This document shows, one piece after another, positions 60,367-64,000 of a stretch of 64,000 bases of DNA. Under the pieces are notes generated by a model. The model was not told the origin of the DNA. It was given only the letters and a program-made list of their open reading frames with translations, and did no database searches. The first letter of the stretch is position 1; each line of letters starts with the position of its first letter. The stretch is from sequence record SRR22947725_485. The stretch is one strand, 5' to 3'. The position numbers were made by a program, and so were the translations under genes.

Positions 60367-61502
60367 TGCATTATATTGGACCAAAAGTACATATTGATTT
60401 AACGCAATTAGTGAAAAATTATCATCTTTTAAGTAATGAAGTCGGCAATATTCCTATTATGGCTACAGTAAAAGCTAATGCTTATGGTCATGGTTCTGTC
60501 GAAGTATCAAAAGCTTTAGAAAAAGAAGGAGTTAGATACTTAGCGGTTTTTACAATTGAAGAAGGTATAGAATTAAGAGAAGCTGGAGTCAAATCAGACA
60601 TTTTACTTTATTCAAAGCTAAATCCTCATGGTATAGATAGCGCTATAAAACATAAACTTACTTTAAACATCTCTTCTTTTGATGATTTAGAAATATTAAA
60701 ACAACATAATGTGCAAGAACATACACTTAAGGTCCACTTAAAAATAGATACTGGGATGACAAGATTGGGTGTAGATCACAATCATGCAGAAGATTTTTTC
60801 AGACAATCACGAGATATTGATCACATAGAAATTGAGGGATTATATTCTCATTTTGCAACTGCAGATGAAGGAGATTTAACATATGCAAAATCTCAATTAG
60901 ATAAGTTTAATGCAGTATTAACAATTGCAGAAGAATTAGATATTAATCCCGTATTAGTTCACTGTAGTAACAGTGGAGCAATTTTAAACTTACCAGAATC
61001 ACGATTTAATCTAATTCGTACAGGCATGCTACTATATGGAGGATTTCCATCAGATGAAGTTCCTCAAAATATATCTATTAAGCCAGTAATGACATTTACT
61101 GCACCCGTTGTAGAAATAAGAGATGTTAAAGCAGGAACTCATATTAGCTATGGTGGAGTATATACTACAAAAGAAAATACGAGAATTGCTGTAGTACAAG
61201 CAGGATTTGCTGATGGTGTGCCGCGCCCTTGGTATGTAGATGGATTTGTAAAATTTAAGGATAAAGAGATGAAGATTACTGGAAGGATTTGTATGGATCA
61301 GTTAATGATTGATATTGGATCAAATGATATTAAATATGGAGATGAAGTATTAATTTTCGGTTCCAATCAACATGGGACTATTCCAGTAAATAAAATTGCT
61401 AAAACCATTGATTCTACATCATACGTCCTAGTAACTGCAATTGGAAGTCGTCCAAAAAGAATATATATTGATACTATGTTGAATGATTTAAAGAGGCATT
61501 AA
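60366..61502 (+). CDS. alr: Alanine racemase
   Basis: VKANAYGHG, DTGMTRLG, ISYGG, GRICMDQ. Confidence 0.95.
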   Translation: MHYIGPKVHIDLTQLVKNYHLLSNEVGNIPIMATVKANAYGHGSVEVSKALEKEGVRYLAVFTIEEGIELREAGVKSDILLYSKLNPHGIDSAIKHKLTLNISSFDDLEILKQHNVQEHTLKVHLKIDTGMTRLGVDHNHAEDFFRQSRDIDHIEIEGLYSHFATADEGDLTYAKSQLDKFNAVLTIAEELDINPVLVHCSNSGAILNLPESRFNLIRTGMLLYGGFPSDEVPQNISIKPVMTFTAPVVEIRDVKAGTHISYGGVYTTKENTRIAVVQAGFADGVPRPWYVDGFVKFKDKEMKITGRICMDQLMIDIGSNDIKYGDEVLIFGSNQHGTIPVNKIAKTIDSTSYVLVTAIGSRPKRIYIDTMLNDLKRH

Positions 61503-61503
61503 A

Positions 61504-61535
61504 AAAGAGTTATAAAGAGTTATAAAGAGTTATAA
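61504..61535 (+). repeat. 10-bp tandem repeat AAAGAGTTAT x3 filling the alr-atuA gap
   Basis: aaagagttat aaagagttat aaagagttat aa. Confidence 0.9.
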
Positions 61536-61537
61536 GC

Positions 61538-63334
61538 ATGGAAGAAAATAAAAAAATAAAAATTGGATGCGCCTCTGCTTTTTGGGGAGATTCAAATGAT
61601 GCAGCTGCACAGCTTGTGAATAGTAATGAGCTCAATTATCTAGTTTTTGATTATTTAGCAGAAGTAACAATGTCAATTTTAGCTGCCTCACAAATGAAAA
61701 ATCCAGACCTAGGATATGCTACTGATTTTATTAGTCAAACTGGACCATTATTAAGTGAAATAAAAGCACAGGGAATAAAAGTTATAAGTAATGCAGGTGG
61801 AATAAATCCGATTGCCTGCAGAGAAGCTTTAGTTAAAGAAGCTGATAAACAAGGACTTAACTTTAAAATTGCTATTGTTGAAGGTGATAACTTATTTCAT
61901 CGAAAAGATAATTTCCTTAAAAAAAGAGTTCAAGATATAGATACAAATAGTGAAATGCCAAAATCAGTTACAAGTATAAATGCATATCTAGGCGCTGAAC
62001 CAATTAGGAGAGCTCTTGATGAGGGTGCTGACATCATTATTACCGGAAGATGTGTTGATAGTGCTGTAACTTTAGGTCCATTAATGTATGAGTTTGGATG
62101 GAAATCAACAGACTATGACCTGCTTGCTGCCGGTAGTTTAGCTGGTCACATTATTGAATGTGGAGCTCAATGCAACGGAGGTAATTTTACAGATTGGCAT
62201 TTAGTTAAAGATTTTGATAACATTGGCTTTCCAATAATTGAAGTAGTTTCAAATGGAGATTTTACAGTTTCTAAACCTGAAAATACTGGGGGCCTTATAT
62301 CATTTGGAACCGTAGCAGAACAGTTTTTATATGAAATAGGAGACCCAGGATCATACATTTTACCTGATGTTGTTTGTGACTTCAGAGATGTAACAATTAA
62401 AGAAATTGAGAAAGATAAAGTCTTTGTTAGTGGAGCTATAGGTAAGCCACCAACAGAAACATATAAAGTTTCAGCAACATATCTTAATGGATATAGAACC
62501 CAAGCATCTGTTGTAATAGGTGGAATCAATGCAGCTCAAAAAGCAAAAATAACCGCTGATGCAATTCTTAAGAAGGTATCAAGGATGTTAAAAGATAGCG
62601 GTATGCAAGATTTTTCAGATAAAAAAGTATCAATTATTGGTACCGAAGCAATGTATGGAAATAATTCTCAACAACTAAATACTAGAGAAGTTTTATTGAG
62701 AATAATAGCTACTCATTCACAAAAAGAGGCATTAGTTTTGCTATCTAGAGAAATTGCTCAAGGTTCAACTGGAATGACTCCAGGGTTTATAAATATGCTT
62801 GGAGCCAGACCTTCAGTATCTCCGTCAATAAAACTATTTTCATTTCTTTTATTGAAAAAAGAAGTAAACATATCAGTTGAAATTGATAATAATAATATGG
62901 AAATACTTATTGATAATAATTATGACGATCATGTTGAATTAACAAAGGAAATTGTTCATAGTTCATTAGATAATAAATCACTTACAAATGAGGTGCCTTT
63001 ATATAAACTCGCTTTTGCAAGAAGTGGAGATAAGGGAGATCATTGTAATATTGGAGTTATTTCAAGAAAGCCTGAATATTTTTCATTTATAAAAAATTAT
63101 TTAACAAATCAGGTTGTTAAAAATTATTTTTCTCATGTTGCAAAAGGTGATGTGCATTGCTGGGAAGTTCCAGGAATCTGTGGACTTAATTTTTTATTGA
63201 AGCACTCATTGGGAGGAGGAGGTATGGCTAGCCTTAACATTGATTCACAAGGAAAGGCATATGCCCAACAGCTTCTAGATATAAAGGTTCCAGTATCAAA
63301 AGAAATATATAATGAGTTATTAAAGAGGAAATAA
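61538..63334 (+). CDS. atuA: Acyclic terpene utilisation protein AtuA (DUF1446)
   Basis: SAFWGD, DYLAEVTMSI, GHIIECGAQ..GGNF, ARSGDKG, D.QGK. Confidence 0.9.
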   Translation: MEENKKIKIGCASAFWGDSNDAAAQLVNSNELNYLVFDYLAEVTMSILAASQMKNPDLGYATDFISQTGPLLSEIKAQGIKVISNAGGINPIACREALVKEADKQGLNFKIAIVEGDNLFHRKDNFLKKRVQDIDTNSEMPKSVTSINAYLGAEPIRRALDEGADIIITGRCVDSAVTLGPLMYEFGWKSTDYDLLAAGSLAGHIIECGAQCNGGNFTDWHLVKDFDNIGFPIIEVVSNGDFTVSKPENTGGLISFGTVAEQFLYEIGDPGSYILPDVVCDFRDVTIKEIEKDKVFVSGAIGKPPTETYKVSATYLNGYRTQASVVIGGINAAQKAKITADAILKKVSRMLKDSGMQDFSDKKVSIIGTEAMYGNNSQQLNTREVLLRIIATHSQKEALVLLSREIAQGSTGMTPGFINMLGARPSVSPSIKLFSFLLLKKEVNISVEIDNNNMEILIDNNYDDHVELTKEIVHSSLDNKSLTNEVPLYKLAFARSGDKGDHCNIGVISRKPEYFSFIKNYLTNQVVKNYFSHVAKGDVHCWEVPGICGLNFLLKHSLGGGGMASLNIDSQGKAYAQQLLDIKVPVSKEIYNELLKRK

Positions 63335-63335
63335 T

Positions 63336-64000
63336 ATGTCAAAAGAATTCAAATCTAAAATTGATGTTCAATCAGAAAGTTTTTTAAAAAATCGTGCAGA
63401 GATGCTTAAAAAAATTAAAGAAATGCGAAATTTAGAAAAAAGAAGCTTTAATGCATCTGAAAGTAAAAGAAAAAAATTTGAAGATAGAAATCAACTTACT
63501 CCCAGAGAAAGATTGAATGCTCTAATTGACCCCGATTCAGAATTTATAGAACTATATAATATGGCTGGATTTTTAGTTGAAGATAATAATCCTGAAACCA
63601 GCATTCCTGGTGCAAGCGTAATAGCAGGAATAGGATTTATTAAAGGTGTTAGATGTATGATTATGGTTGACGACAGTGGAATAAATGCAGGTGCAGCGAC
63701 TAGCACAACTGTAGATAAATGTGTCGGGTGTTTAGAAATTTCTCTTGAAAAGAAATTACCATTTGTTCACTTAGTTGAAAGTGCTGGTATTAATCTTATG
63801 AATTATAAAGTTGAAATTTGGGCAAGAGCAGGAGGAATGTTTGCAGGTTTAGCTAAGTTAAGCGCAGCCGGAGTACCTACGATTACTATTTTACATGGTC
63901 TTTCGACTGCAGGTGGAGCTTATAATGTCGGTATGAGTGACTATGTAATTGGAGTTAAGAAAAATGGAATGGCTGCTTTAGCTGGCCCAGCTTTATTAAA
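63336..64000 (+). CDS. atuC: Acyl-CoA carboxylase carboxyltransferase subunit (geranyl-CoA carboxylase beta, AtuC-like), truncated by window end
   Basis: Hand translation MSKEFKSKIDVQS...QLTPRERLNALIDP...LVESAG...HGLSTAGGAY..GMSDY..LAGPALL; follows atuA. Confidence 0.8.
   Translation, partial: MSKEFKSKIDVQSESFLKNRAEMLKKIKEMRNLEKRSFNASESKRKKFEDRNQLTPRERLNALIDPDSEFIELYNMAGFLVEDNNPETSIPGASVIAGIGFIKGVRCMIMVDDSGINAGAATSTTVDKCVGCLEISLEKKLPFVHLVESAGINLMNYKVEIWARAGGMFAGLAKLSAAGVPTITILHGLSTAGGAYNVGMSDYVIGVKKNGMAALAGPALL

Overview
AT-rich, densely packed bacterial chromosome segment. Gene content and style suggest a streamlined marine Gram-negative FCB-group organism, possibly Marinimicrobia/SAR406 (inference, not verified). 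It is mostly core housekeeping: pyrF-pyrE, patatin, dsbD, degP, ileS-dksA-lspA-rluD-xerC-pckA-greA, rpmF-fabD-fabG-acpP-fabF, ndk-sucCD-P5C dehydrogenase, dusB, rpmB, gatB, aconitase, a reduced dcw cluster (mraZ to ftsZ without murE/murF/mraY/ddl), miaB, lapA-lapB, polA, alr and the start of an atu (acyclic terpene utilisation) cluster. I saw no rRNA, tRNA, CRISPR array or transposase. Most interesting: (1) a CruR/CutF (DUF2946)-like upstream ORF (TM, HxHxH, CxxC, C-terminal KSPP), then a GNRA hairpin, then a TonB-dependent receptor with two long His/Asp inserts, a candidate metal-sensing ribosome-stalling module; (2) an orphan phage-type DNA hypermodification enzyme (aGPT-PPlase1-like) convergent with a small HNH nuclease; (3) a type II IleRS with GVHH/EMHKS signature motifs; (4) lapB with a probable CTG start and no rubredoxin domain; (5) several proteins lacking their usual Zn-binding cysteines; (6) a 16-bp hairpin covering the polA start codon; (7) probable leaderless promoters. 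All functional calls come from motif recognition by eye; no database search was run.
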